In this document: positions 1-9,326 of the stretch, piece by piece | Position numbering within the stretch: position 1 is the stretch's first letter | How the letters are laid out: each line of letters opens with the position of its first letter | Assembly: GCA_002309345.1 (NCBI GenBank) | Contig: DBWZ01000094.1 | Coordinates: 13,950-77,949, forward strand | Source of the DNA: Pseudobutyrivibrio sp. UBA1225 | GTDB taxonomy: Bacteria > Bacillota > Clostridia > Lachnospirales > Lachnospiraceae | Direction: 5' to 3' | Length of the DNA: 64,000 bases | Position numbers and translations under genes: made by a program | Notes under the pieces: generated by a model | Database searches by the model: none | Told to the model about the DNA's origin: nothing | Seen by the model: the letters and a program-made list of their open reading frames with translations, nothing else

Positions 1-1539
1 AACGATTTGGCAGAGCTTCCAGCTATCGTTGGTGGCAAAGAGATGGACTTCAAGTACAAGGATTGCAAGAAGGAAATGGATATGGTTAACAAGGCATTCC
101 TCGAGATCATGATTGAGGGTGATGCCAACGGTCGTGGATTCCAGTATCCTATCCCTACATATTCAATCACACGTGATTTCGATTGGTCAGACACCGAAAA
201 CAACAGACTATTATTCGAAATGACAGCAAAGTATGGCACACCATACTTCAGCAACTATATCAATTCCGATATGGAGCCAAGCGATGTTCGTTCTATGTGC
301 TGCCGTCTCCGTCTTGACCTTCGCGAGCTTCGCAAAAAGTCAGGTGGATTCTTCGGTTCAGGCGAGAGCACAGGTTCAGTTGGTGTTGTTACAATCAACA
401 TGCCACGTATCGCATATCAGGCTAAGGACGAAGCAGATTTCTACGCTCGCTTAGACAAGCTGATGGATATCTCTGCTCGTTCACTTAAGATTAAGCGTGG
501 TGTTATCACCAAGCTTTTGGACGAGGGCTTGTATCCATACACCAAGAGATATCTCGGAACATTTAACAACCACTTCTCAACAATCGGTCTTATCGGTATG
601 AACGAAGTTGGTCTTAACGCTAACTGGCTTCGCGCAGATATGACAGACAAGAGAGTGCAGGAGTTCTCAAAGGATGTTCTCAATCACATGCGTGAGCGCC
701 TCTCTGATTACCAAGAGATGTACGGTGATCTCTACAACCTTGAGGCAACACCAGCAGAGTCTACAACCTACCGCTTTGCAAAGCATGATAGAGAGCAGTT
801 CCCAGATATCATCACTGCAGGCAAAGAAGGCGATACTCCATTCTATACCAACAGCTCACACATGCCAGTAGAGTTTACATCAGATATCTTTGATGCACTC
901 GAGGTTCAGGACGAGCTTCAGACACTTTATACATCAGGCACTGTTTTCCATGCATTCATCGGCGAGAAGCTTCCTACATGGGAGTCAGCAGCAAGCCTTG
1001 TTAGAAAGATTGCGGAAAACTACAGATTGCCATACTATACACTTTCTCCTACATACTCAGTATGTAAGGAGCACGGCTACATTGCTGGCGAGCACTACAC
1101 ATGCCCACACTGCGGCAAGACTGCCGAGGTTTACAGCCGTATCACAGGTTACTATCGTCCAGTTCAAAACTGGAACGAGGGCAAGACTCAAGAGTATAAG
1201 AATCGTAAGCTCTACGATATAGCAGGTTCAGTATGCCGTCGTTCTGGCGAGCAGAAGGCAGCCCAGGCTAAAGAGCCTCAGGTGAATGTTGAAATTGTTT
1301 CAGAAGAGCTTAACACAGGCGTTAAATATCTGTTTACAACAAAGACATGCCCTAACTGTGCTAGAGCCAAAGAAATTCTCGAAGACGAGGAATATATCGT
1401 CATCGACGCAGAGGAGCAGCAGGATCTCACTAGAAAATATGGTGTTATGCAGGCTCCAACACTTGTGGTAATCAACGGCGATGAAGTTAAACGTTATGCT
1501 AATGCAAGCAACATCCAAAAGTATGTTGATGAAAACTAG
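1..1539 (+). CDS. nrdD: Anaerobic (class III) ribonucleoside-triphosphate reductase, 5'-truncated by the window, with C-terminal glutaredoxin-like domain
   Basis: Glycyl-radical motif YSRITGYY, active-site MCCRL, Zn site CKEHG..CPHCG, C-terminal TCPNC thioredoxin-fold tail; reading frame is open from position 1. Confidence 0.93.
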   Translation, partial: NDLAELPAIVGGKEMDFKYKDCKKEMDMVNKAFLEIMIEGDANGRGFQYPIPTYSITRDFDWSDTENNRLLFEMTAKYGTPYFSNYINSDMEPSDVRSMCCRLRLDLRELRKKSGGFFGSGESTGSVGVVTINMPRIAYQAKDEADFYARLDKLMDISARSLKIKRGVITKLLDEGLYPYTKRYLGTFNNHFSTIGLIGMNEVGLNANWLRADMTDKRVQEFSKDVLNHMRERLSDYQEMYGDLYNLEATPAESTTYRFAKHDREQFPDIITAGKEGDTPFYTNSSHMPVEFTSDIFDALEVQDELQTLYTSGTVFHAFIGEKLPTWESAASLVRKIAENYRLPYYTLSPTYSVCKEHGYIAGEHYTCPHCGKTAEVYSRITGYYRPVQNWNEGKTQEYKNRKLYDIAGSVCRRSGEQKAAQAKEPQVNVEIVSEELNTGVKYLFTTKTCPNCARAKEILEDEEYIVIDAEEQQDLTRKYGVMQAPTLVVINGDEVKRYANASNIQKYVDEN

Positions 1540-1603
1540 TACTAGCTGCCGTTTATTACATCAAACTTTAAACAAGGCACAATCTGTGCTAATATAAAAA
1601 CAG

Positions 1604-1647
1604 AAGCAGACGATGATGTCACTAACAGGCATCTCGTCTGCTTTTTT
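1604..1647 (+). terminator. Intrinsic terminator after nrdD, possibly also a leader attenuator for the next gene
   Basis: Stem AAGCAGACGA (1604-1613) / TCGTCTGCTT (1634-1643) with an inner stem, followed by a T6 run. Confidence 0.75.
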
Positions 1648-1726
1648 CTCTATAGGCAATTATTTACAGCAATTTAGTTTTGCAAAGCAAAACTCTTTCT
1701 TAACTTACTTTTTGGGGGAGGTTGCT

Positions 1727-4306
1727 ATGGCAGCATTCGAAAAGATACTATCAGGAATTCCACAGATGGATGAGGCTCTAGACTACATACGATTGGGGGA
1801 TAACGTAGTCTTTAGAGTATCTACTTTAGATGAATTCAAGTTTTTTTTGAATCCATATGTGGAGCAGGCAAAGATTGATAAACGAAGAATAATATACTTT
1901 AGATTTGCAAGCCACGAGCCATTAGTTCAGGATTGCCCTGAGATTAAAAAATGCGAAATTCCTTTGTCTCATCGTTTTGAAAATTTTACGGTGGACATCC
2001 ACAATATTATTGCTGAAGAGGGATATGATGCATTCTATATCTTCGACTGTTTATCTGAGTTGCAGGCGGCGTGGGCGACTGATTTAATGATGGGCAATTT
2101 TTTCAAGGTTACTTGTCCGTTTTTATTTACGCTAGATACAGTGGCTTATTTTCCGGTGCTTAGAGGTAAGCATTCTGTCCACGCAATTAACAAAATCAAG
2201 AACACAGCTCAGGTATTTATAGATGTTTATTCCGACGATAAAAACATCTACGTTAGACCAGAGAAGGTTTGGAACAGGAGTGATGAAAAGATGCTGCTGC
2301 CCCATGTCTATGACAGGGACACAGGGGATTTTTATCCGATTTTGGATGGAGTAAAGGCGAGCAGATTTTATCAGATCCTTGGTAAGATGCAAAGATCACA
2401 AAGGGAGCAGCATTCAGATTATTGGGATAGGTTTTTTAATCAAGCCAAGAGCTTGTATGAGCAGGGACAGGATATAAAGGATTACGCCGATAAGATGTGC
2501 AATATCATGATGACCCGGGACGAGAAAATGCGTCAGATGGTGAAGAGCAACTTTACACCGGAGGATTATTTTGAAGTCAGAGAGCATATGATTGGCACAG
2601 GAATGATTGGTGGAAAATCCTGCGGTATGCTTCTGTCTAGGGCAATAGTGCGCAACAAGCTGCCGCAGACCTATGACAATATTGAACCGCATGATTCTTT
2701 TTACATTGGTTCAGATGTTTATTACACCTATATAGTTGATAACAATTTCTGGGATTTACGTGTAAAGCAAAGGACGGAGGAGGGGTTCTTTTCTCTGGCC
2801 AAACAGTTTTCTGACAAGCTGATAAATGGAGTTTTTAACGAAGCGATTCGGGATGAGTTTAGAGATATTATTGACTATTATGGACAGGACCCTTATATAG
2901 TTCGTTCGAGTAGTATTCTTGAGGATGGATTCGGCAACGCCTTTGCCGGAAAATACGAATCTGTTTTTTGTGTCAATCGCGGTACTGAAGAGGAACGTTT
3001 GGAGGAATTCGAAAATGCGGTAAGAACTGTCTACGCTAGTTCAATGAATCTTTCTGCGCTAGATTACCGAAAAAGAAGAGGCCTAGAGAAGCGTGATGAG
3101 CAGATGGCGCTGTTGGTCCAAAGAGTGTCCGGTTCTTACTATGATAATTACTTCATGCCTTGTGCTGCAGGTGTAGGCTATTCCTATAGTCCGTACAAAT
3201 TCATAAAGGATATAGATCAGTCCAAAGGAATGCTTCGCCTTGTTATGGGACTTGGAACCTCTGCAGTTGATAGGACCGAGGGCTCATATCCACGTTTAGT
3301 TAGCCTAGCTGCACCTGACAAAACCGTATATACGAATTCCGCTGACATGCATAAGTTTTCGCAAAGAAAAATTGAGGTGGTTGATACAAAGGAGAGATGC
3401 TTAAAGCAGCTTGAGGTAAGCCAGCTGCTGCCAACATTATCCTTCTATCTTAAAACTATGATGTTAGATCACGATTATGATGTCGAAAGCCGCTTGCGTG
3501 AGACAGGAAGAAACACGGAGGTAATGTTTGTATCCTGTAGAGGGCTTGTAAAAAGGTCAGAAATTATAGGAGCATTAAGGGATATAATGGCATGCATTCA
3601 AGATGAATATCAATATCCTGTCGATATAGAATATGCTATTAATCTTTCGGAAAATGATGAGTACATGATAAATCTACTGCAGTGTCGTCCTTTGCAGGTC
3701 TATAAAGATTTGGGGGAAGTATCTATTCCAAAGAACTTGGCGAAAGAACAGATATTATTGGAAAGCTACGGAGCCTCTATGGGCCTTTCTAGGCAGGTGA
3801 AGCTAGATTTGATTGTCTATGTAGATCCTATTGCCTATTACAATATGCCACACTACGAAAAAGTCAAGGTGGCACAGTTAATCAGCAAGGTGAATTGGTA
3901 TAGTCCTACTAAGGATAAGCATATGTTTTTGATGTCTCCAGGAAGACTTGGCACATCATCTCCAGAGCTGGGAGTGCCAACTTCATTTGCAGATATAAGC
4001 GGATTTGAAGCAATCTGCGAGATAGAAGAAAAGAAGGCAGGCTACAATCCTGAGCTATCCTACGGTAGTCATATGTTTCAAGATTTGGTGGAGCAGGATA
4101 TACTTTACACTGCTGTCTTTAGCAATGCGGAGCGAACTATATTTAACCCAGACATACTTAAGTCAGTTAGTGCTAAAAACATCACACACACCTTTGAGGG
4201 AGGTGACGAGCTGAAGGATATAGTGCAAGTATATGATGTTTCCCAGTTAGATTGCGAAATGTACAACGATATTAAAGAGGAACATTTCCTTATATATTTC
4301 AAATAA
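1727..4306 (+). CDS. PEP/pyruvate-binding (PPDK_N, ATP-grasp) domain protein with RecA/KaiC-like N-terminus
   Basis: Motifs IGGKSCGM, VRSSSILEDGFGNAFAGKYES, MALLVQ, DIEYA, LLQCRP; start moved to ATG 1727 after the GGGGGAGG SD. Confidence 0.8.
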   Translation: MAAFEKILSGIPQMDEALDYIRLGDNVVFRVSTLDEFKFFLNPYVEQAKIDKRRIIYFRFASHEPLVQDCPEIKKCEIPLSHRFENFTVDIHNIIAEEGYDAFYIFDCLSELQAAWATDLMMGNFFKVTCPFLFTLDTVAYFPVLRGKHSVHAINKIKNTAQVFIDVYSDDKNIYVRPEKVWNRSDEKMLLPHVYDRDTGDFYPILDGVKASRFYQILGKMQRSQREQHSDYWDRFFNQAKSLYEQGQDIKDYADKMCNIMMTRDEKMRQMVKSNFTPEDYFEVREHMIGTGMIGGKSCGMLLSRAIVRNKLPQTYDNIEPHDSFYIGSDVYYTYIVDNNFWDLRVKQRTEEGFFSLAKQFSDKLINGVFNEAIRDEFRDIIDYYGQDPYIVRSSSILEDGFGNAFAGKYESVFCVNRGTEEERLEEFENAVRTVYASSMNLSALDYRKRRGLEKRDEQMALLVQRVSGSYYDNYFMPCAAGVGYSYSPYKFIKDIDQSKGMLRLVMGLGTSAVDRTEGSYPRLVSLAAPDKTVYTNSADMHKFSQRKIEVVDTKERCLKQLEVSQLLPTLSFYLKTMMLDHDYDVESRLRETGRNTEVMFVSCRGLVKRSEIIGALRDIMACIQDEYQYPVDIEYAINLSENDEYMINLLQCRPLQVYKDLGEVSIPKNLAKEQILLESYGASMGLSRQVKLDLIVYVDPIAYYNMPHYEKVKVAQLISKVNWYSPTKDKHMFLMSPGRLGTSSPELGVPTSFADISGFEAICEIEEKKAGYNPELSYGSHMFQDLVEQDILYTAVFSNAERTIFNPDILKSVSAKNITHTFEGGDELKDIVQVYDVSQLDCEMYNDIKEEHFLIYFK

Positions 4307-4310
4307 TACT

Positions 4311-5207
4311 TTAGACAGGGGCTTGTAGGTTATTAAAGTAATCTACTATAGCCCCTTTTAATGCGTTTGCTTCGGCGCTTAAAATATTATCCTTGTTGTA
4401 TACAATATAGAGCTTTTTTACTAACCATTCTTCTTTGAAATGCACAATCTTTAACTTATCGGATTTGTTCTTCTTGGCCAGATATTCTAAGCTCATTCCT
4501 AGTGCATAGTTTTCTTCAGCCATGGAATGAATCAGATGAATATCGGAGGTCTCTAGTATTATGTTTGGAAATTCTACTGGCTCGTCAAAGCTATACAGCT
4601 GATTTAGGCTGGTTGTAGATTTGGCGTCCTTCACTACCATAGGTTCTCCACTTATTTCAGAAAAAGATACAGAATTTCTTTTGGCAAGAGGATGATTTTT
4701 GTTTACCACTAAACAAAATGGCTCACTGCACAGTTGTTCATAGCCAAAATAATGCGGATTGAATGGTCCAGGAATAATGCCAAGCTCAACCTTGTGTTTC
4801 TTTATTTTTTCAAGGATATAGTCATCTGTAAATTCCTTCAAATTGATTTGAATTTCCGGAAAGCTATCATGGAACTTTTTGAAGAAAGTCGCAGGTATCA
4901 GTTGCGGGAAATCGTAGGAACAAAAGATAGAGACAGTTTTTATTGGTCGTTGACTTTTAAATAATCTGTCGGTTATCAATTCATATTCTTCGAGGATGTT
5001 TTTTGCGTGAATGGATAAACGTGCAGCTTCATTAGTGGGAACAATCCTATTATGTTTATGTTCAAACAGATTTGTTCCTAATTCTTTTTCTAAAGCGGCA
5101 ATAGTTTTGCTAATACCTTGGGGAGTCACAAATAAATTTGAAGCAGCCTTTGAGATGCTTTTAGTAGAATAAACTTCTAGAAAGTATGCCAGTTGACGTT
5201 GATTCAT
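4311..5207 (-). CDS. LysR-family transcriptional regulator
   Basis: N-terminal HTH MNQRQLAYFLEVY..SISKAASNLFVTPQGISKTIAALEKELGTNLF plus LysR substrate domain; start 5207 after a GGAGG SD. Confidence 0.92.
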   Translation of the reverse strand: MNQRQLAYFLEVYSTKSISKAASNLFVTPQGISKTIAALEKELGTNLFEHKHNRIVPTNEAARLSIHAKNILEEYELITDRLFKSQRPIKTVSIFCSYDFPQLIPATFFKKFHDSFPEIQINLKEFTDDYILEKIKKHKVELGIIPGPFNPHYFGYEQLCSEPFCLVVNKNHPLAKRNSVSFSEISGEPMVVKDAKSTTSLNQLYSFDEPVEFPNIILETSDIHLIHSMAEENYALGMSLEYLAKKNKSDKLKIVHFKEEWLVKKLYIVYNKDNILSAEANALKGAIVDYFNNLQAPV

Positions 5208-5238
5208 GATAGAGCCTCCAATTACCTTATTAATTCCT

Positions 5239-5277
5239 AAAAAGAAAAGCGCATGGAAAAAACTCCATGCGCCTTTG
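5239..5277 (-). terminator. Leader terminator/attenuator upstream of lysR
   Basis: Minus strand CAAAGGCGCATGGAG-TTTT-TTCCATGCGCTTTTCTTTTT, lying between promoter and start codon. Confidence 0.65.
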
Positions 5278-5292
5278 CGTTTGTTTAGATTA

Positions 5293-5320
5293 ATTATATC
5301 TACAGAAAAAAGAAAGTCAA
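5293..5320 (-). promoter_or_regulatory. SigmaA-type promoter of lysR
   Basis: TTGACT-N16-TATAAT on the minus strand. Confidence 0.7.
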
Positions 5321-5419
5321 GTAACTTCAACCAAATGGTTTATCAGATAAATTAAACATCTGCTTTTAAATTGTTAGATTTAATGATATAAATTACTCAA
5401 CAAGAAAACAAGCAGCTAA

Positions 5420-5458
5420 GAACAAAGGCGTTCACACAAGATGTGTGGGCGCCTTTTT
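5420..5458 (+). terminator. Leader terminator/attenuator upstream of the ridA-dehydrogenase operon
   Basis: 15-bp stem AAAGGCGTTCACACA / TGTGTGGGCGCCTTT plus TT; a competing hairpin GAAC-AAAGGC-GTTC overlaps the 5' arm. Confidence 0.7.
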
Positions 5459-5492
5459 CAGATTTATATTAAAGGAAAGTGAGGTAATTGTT

Positions 5493-5885
5493 ATGGAACT
5501 GAAGAGAACAAACTATAGCTCAGGTGCACCGCTAGAAGAAAAGGTTGGTTACTCAAGAATGGTAAAGATTGGACCTTATATAAAAATAGGTGGAACCACA
5601 TCAGTCCAAGGTGATGGAACAGTCTATGGAGAAGATGCATACGAGCAAACAAAATACGTTTTAGACAAGCAGATCAAATTACTTGAACAGGCTGGTGCAA
5701 CAAAAGAGGATGTCTTTTCAGTTTTTATTTATACAACAGACATCACAGCTGGTGGAAAGATTTGTGAGGCATATTCAGAATTCTTTAAAGAAGTCAAACC
5801 ACTAAACACAATGGTTGAAATAACAAGATTAAATCGACCTACACAAATCGTAGAAATAGAAATGGAAGCAATGCTTACAGATTAA
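5493..5885 (+). CDS. RidA/YjgF/UK114-family imine/enamine deaminase-like protein
   Basis: GYSRMVKIG..IGGTT..AYEQT..F.EVKP.NTMVEITRL..VEIEMEA pattern; start 5493 after GAGGT. Confidence 0.85.
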   Translation: MELKRTNYSSGAPLEEKVGYSRMVKIGPYIKIGGTTSVQGDGTVYGEDAYEQTKYVLDKQIKLLEQAGATKEDVFSVFIYTTDITAGGKICEAYSEFFKEVKPLNTMVEITRLNRPTQIVEIEMEAMLTD

Positions 5886-5907
5886 ATAGAAGGTATAGGA
5901 GGTCAAG

Positions 5908-6216
5908 ATGAGCAGAATAGTAGAACATCCGATACTAGAAAAGCAGGAAGAAAAGAAGTTAGTATCATTTGAATTTGATGGTAAAGAATATAAAGGGTAT
6001 GAAGGGGAACCAATTGCCATAGCGCTTAAAGCAAACGGAGTGATGATCCATCGGTACACAAAAAAGGAACATAAGCCAAGAGGTTTGTTTTGTGCCATTG
6101 GAAGATGCACCGATTGTGTAATGGTTGTAGATGGAGAGCCTAATATTAGAACCTGTGTGACACCTCTTAAGGAGGGAATGGTAGTTCAGACACAGAACGG
6201 TGTGGAAGCCATGTAG
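5908..6216 (+). CDS. 2Fe-2S subunit (HcnA/SoxA-N-like) of a flavin amine/amino-acid dehydrogenase
   Basis: RGLFCAIGRCTDCVMVVDG..IRTC motif. Confidence 0.85.
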   Translation: MSRIVEHPILEKQEEKKLVSFEFDGKEYKGYEGEPIAIALKANGVMIHRYTKKEHKPRGLFCAIGRCTDCVMVVDGEPNIRTCVTPLKEGMVVQTQNGVEAM

Positions 6217-6259
6217 TAGCAGAGGAAAGAAATTATAGATTATCAGGGAGGTATGTTTA

Positions 6260-7837
6260 ATGGATAGATATGAAGTGATAGTTGTAGGTGCTGGACCATC
6301 TGGACTATCAGCAGCAATAGAAGCAGCTAAGCGAGGACTTAAAGTAATTGTGTTTGATGAAAACGACAAGCCGGGTGGTCAGTTATTTAAACAGATTCAT
6401 AAGTTTTTTGGCTCGAAGGAGCATCATGCAAAGATTAGAGGCTTTCGAATAGGCGAGGAATTGTTAAAGGAAGCTGCAGAGGTTGGAGTACAGGTAGAGC
6501 TTGGGGCGACAGTAATTGGATTATATTCTGATAAGGAAGTAAGTGTAAGGATTGGCGACACAATAAAGCATTACAAGGGTGACACAGTAATTGTTGCCAC
6601 CGGTGCAGCCGAAAACATGGTTACCTTCCCAGGCTGGACTTTACCGGGAGTTATTGGCGCTGGCGCAGCACAGACCATGATGAACATACATGGAATTAAG
6701 CCAGGCAAAAAAGTTTTGATGCTAGGCTCCGGAAATGTAGGATTAGTAGTTTCATTCCAGCTTCTTCAGGCGGGATGTGAGGTGGTGGCATTAGTAGATG
6801 CGGCACCAAAGATTGGCGGATATGGCGTTCACGCAGCTAAGGTTGCCAGATGTGGTGTTCCATTCTTTTTATCCCACACAATAAAAGAAGCACATGGAAC
6901 TGATTATCTTACAGGTGTAACTATCAACGAAGTTGATGATAAGTTTAGACCGATTGAAGGAACAGAAAAGTATTTTGAAGTAGATACTATCTGCATGGCA
7001 GTTGGACTATCGCCGATGTCCCAGTTGCTTAAGATGGCAGGCTGCAAGATGGAGGACAATCCAAAGCGAGGTGGTCAGGTTCCGATCGTGGATGAGTATG
7101 GCGAGACATCTGTTTCTGGTGTGTTTGCAGCAGGTGATGTATCAGGAATTGAAGAAGCATCATCAGCGATGATTGAAGGCAAGATGGCAGGCGTTTGTGT
7201 TTGCGGATATCTGGGCTACATATCAGACGAAGAGATGCAATCAGAGATTCAAAAGCTGGAAAAGGATTTGGATAGCTTAAGACAGGGAATGTTTGCACCA
7301 AAGAATAGAGGAAAGGCTATTGAAAAAACAGAAGAGGGAATTGATATTTCCATGAACCTTTTGAAGAAAGGATTTGTTGCAGACGATGAGATAGAACGAT
7401 TCCCTGGTGTTGTTCATAAGGTTGGCATACATCCAGTGATGGAATGTACGCAAAACATTCCTTGTAATCCATGTCAGGATGCCTGCAGTAAAGGATGTAT
7501 ATCAATTGGAAATAATATTACATGCCTGCCATTCATCAAAGAGGAAAGCAAATGTGTTAACTGTGGAATGTGTGTAGCGAGTTGTTCTGGCCAAGCAATC
7601 TTTTTGGTAGATGAGGACTGTGGAGATGGCACAGCAACAATCACTCTTCCATATGAGTTTTTACCTTTACCAGAGGTTGGTGATAAGGGCTTTGGGTTAT
7701 CAAGAAATGGCGAAAAGCTATGCGAGGCACAGATTGTATCAGTCAAGAGTATGAAAGCGTTTGACCATACAAATCTTTTAACTATGAAGGTTCCAAAAGA
7801 ATATGCAATGAAGGCAAGATTTTTTAAATGCAGTTAG
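6260..7837 (+). CDS. FAD/NAD(P)-dependent oxidoreductase subunit (HcnB/SoxA-like) with C-terminal 4Fe-4S ferredoxin domain
   Basis: GAGPSG, ATGA, second dinucleotide motif GSGNVG, FAAGD; C-terminal CTQNIPCNPCQDAC and CVNCGMCVASC. Confidence 0.87.
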   Translation: MDRYEVIVVGAGPSGLSAAIEAAKRGLKVIVFDENDKPGGQLFKQIHKFFGSKEHHAKIRGFRIGEELLKEAAEVGVQVELGATVIGLYSDKEVSVRIGDTIKHYKGDTVIVATGAAENMVTFPGWTLPGVIGAGAAQTMMNIHGIKPGKKVLMLGSGNVGLVVSFQLLQAGCEVVALVDAAPKIGGYGVHAAKVARCGVPFFLSHTIKEAHGTDYLTGVTINEVDDKFRPIEGTEKYFEVDTICMAVGLSPMSQLLKMAGCKMEDNPKRGGQVPIVDEYGETSVSGVFAAGDVSGIEEASSAMIEGKMAGVCVCGYLGYISDEEMQSEIQKLEKDLDSLRQGMFAPKNRGKAIEKTEEGIDISMNLLKKGFVADDEIERFPGVVHKVGIHPVMECTQNIPCNPCQDACSKGCISIGNNITCLPFIKEESKCVNCGMCVASCSGQAIFLVDEDCGDGTATITLPYEFLPLPEVGDKGFGLSRNGEKLCEAQIVSVKSMKAFDHTNLLTMKVPKEYAMKARFFKCS

Positions 7838-7848
7838 GAGGGAGAAGG

Positions 7849-8169
7849 ATGAGCGAAGTAATTGATAGATCAATTGATATAGGTGAGTTTATCCCGCAAC
7901 CAGATGACGATATGATTATTTGCCGTTGCGAAGAAATCACCAAAGGTGAAATAAGAAGAGCAGTTCATGATGGGATGTGGACGATGACAGAAATAAGACG
8001 ATATTTGCGAACAGGAATGGGGCTATGTCAGGGTCAGACTTGCTCAAGACTTGTCAAAGGAATTGTGGCAAGAGAGTTGGCGATTAATCCGAATGAGCTG
8101 GAACCAGCAACTGCCCGCTCTCCTATGAGACCGACAGAGATGAAAGTACTTGGCAAGGAGGTGAGCTGA
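7849..8169 (+). CDS. BFD-like 2Fe-2S subunit
   Basis: ICRCEEIT..RTGMGLCQGQTC..RSPMRP motif. Confidence 0.85.
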   Translation: MSEVIDRSIDIGEFIPQPDDDMIICRCEEITKGEIRRAVHDGMWTMTEIRRYLRTGMGLCQGQTCSRLVKGIVARELAINPNELEPATARSPMRPTEMKVLGKEVS

Positions 8170-8170
8170 A

Positions 8171-9310
8171 ATGTCAACAAATAAAGCGGATGTAATAGTA
8201 GTTGGCGGCGGCATTATTGGATGTGCCACAAGCTATTACCTAAGAAAAAGAGGAAAATCAGTAATTGTATTAGAGGCAAGCGACAACATTGGAAATGGTG
8301 GCTCCTCTAGAAACGGCGGTGGTGTTAGACAATCAGGTAGAGATCCACGAGAACTGCCACTTGCAATGTATGGAATCAAGGAGCTTTGGCCAGAGCTTTC
8401 CAAGGAATTAGGTGTGGATTGTGAATATCACAAAGATGGCAATCTTAGACTTGGAAAGAATGAAAAGCACAAAGAAATCCTTCAGGGACTCACAGATAGA
8501 GCCGTGGCCTGCGGCTTGGATGTCAGGATGATTGACGCAGATGAAATAAAAGAAATCAATCCTTATCTTTCGGATGAAGTTACATGCGCTAGCTGGTGTC
8601 CGACAGATGGACATGCAAATCCGATGGTGACAACTCTAGCGTTTTATAAAAAAGCTAGAGAGATAGGGGTTCGATTTTTTACAGGCGAGAAGGTTACAAA
8701 GCTTCGCAAAATAAAAGGAAAGCTTAGAGAGGTATACACTGAGGAAAACGTCTATGAAGGAGACTATGTTGTAGTTGCAGCAGGATATGAATCAAGAGAG
8801 ATTCTTGGAACTGTAGGTGTAGATGTTCCGATGCATCAGGAGTTATGCGAGTGCCTCGTAACCGAGGCGGAGCCACATATGTTTGATCAGATGCTTGGAA
8901 CTGCGGAGGCAGATTTCTACGGACATCAATCTGATCACGGTTCATTTGTATTCGGCGGAATGTCGGGACTTGAGTTGAATAACAAGGACACCGGTCCTAA
9001 AAACTCTCCAAGCAATGCTTCAATTACATCACCTTGTATTTGCCGAGGTATCATGAAATACTTCCCAGCATTGGAAAACGCCAAGATAGTTAGAACTTGG
9101 GCTGGTTACTTAGATATTTGTCAGGATGGTGTTCCCGTCCTAGGTTTTGTGGATGAAGTTCCTGGTCTAGTGGTTGCATGTGCATTTTCTGGTCACGGAT
9201 TTGGAATTGCCCCAGCTGTTGGTGAGCAGTTGGCAAAACTTATTATTGATGGAGTCACATCCGTTGATATATCGGGTCTGCGATATGGCAGATTCAAGGC
9301 AAAGATTTAA
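8171..9310 (+). CDS. DAO/SoxB-family FAD-dependent amine/amino-acid dehydrogenase catalytic subunit
   Basis: GGGIIG, SSRNGG, DGHANP, RTWAG..D..PVLG, FSGHGFGIAPAVG. Confidence 0.88.
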   Translation: MSTNKADVIVVGGGIIGCATSYYLRKRGKSVIVLEASDNIGNGGSSRNGGGVRQSGRDPRELPLAMYGIKELWPELSKELGVDCEYHKDGNLRLGKNEKHKEILQGLTDRAVACGLDVRMIDADEIKEINPYLSDEVTCASWCPTDGHANPMVTTLAFYKKAREIGVRFFTGEKVTKLRKIKGKLREVYTEENVYEGDYVVVAAGYESREILGTVGVDVPMHQELCECLVTEAEPHMFDQMLGTAEADFYGHQSDHGSFVFGGMSGLELNNKDTGPKNSPSNASITSPCICRGIMKYFPALENAKIVRTWAGYLDICQDGVPVLGFVDEVPGLVVACAFSGHGFGIAPAVGEQLAKLIIDGVTSVDISGLRYGRFKAKI

Positions 9311-9326
9311 TAAAGGTTAGGAGGAA

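Noticed and set aside
1613-1726. N-terminal extension of the PPDK-N ORF, and similar extensions of lysR, ridA, MCP, esterase, crt, paralog 2, ileS, araA, araD and the permeases
   Set aside because: The extensions run through promoters or terminators, and a better SD-ATG exists downstream in each case.
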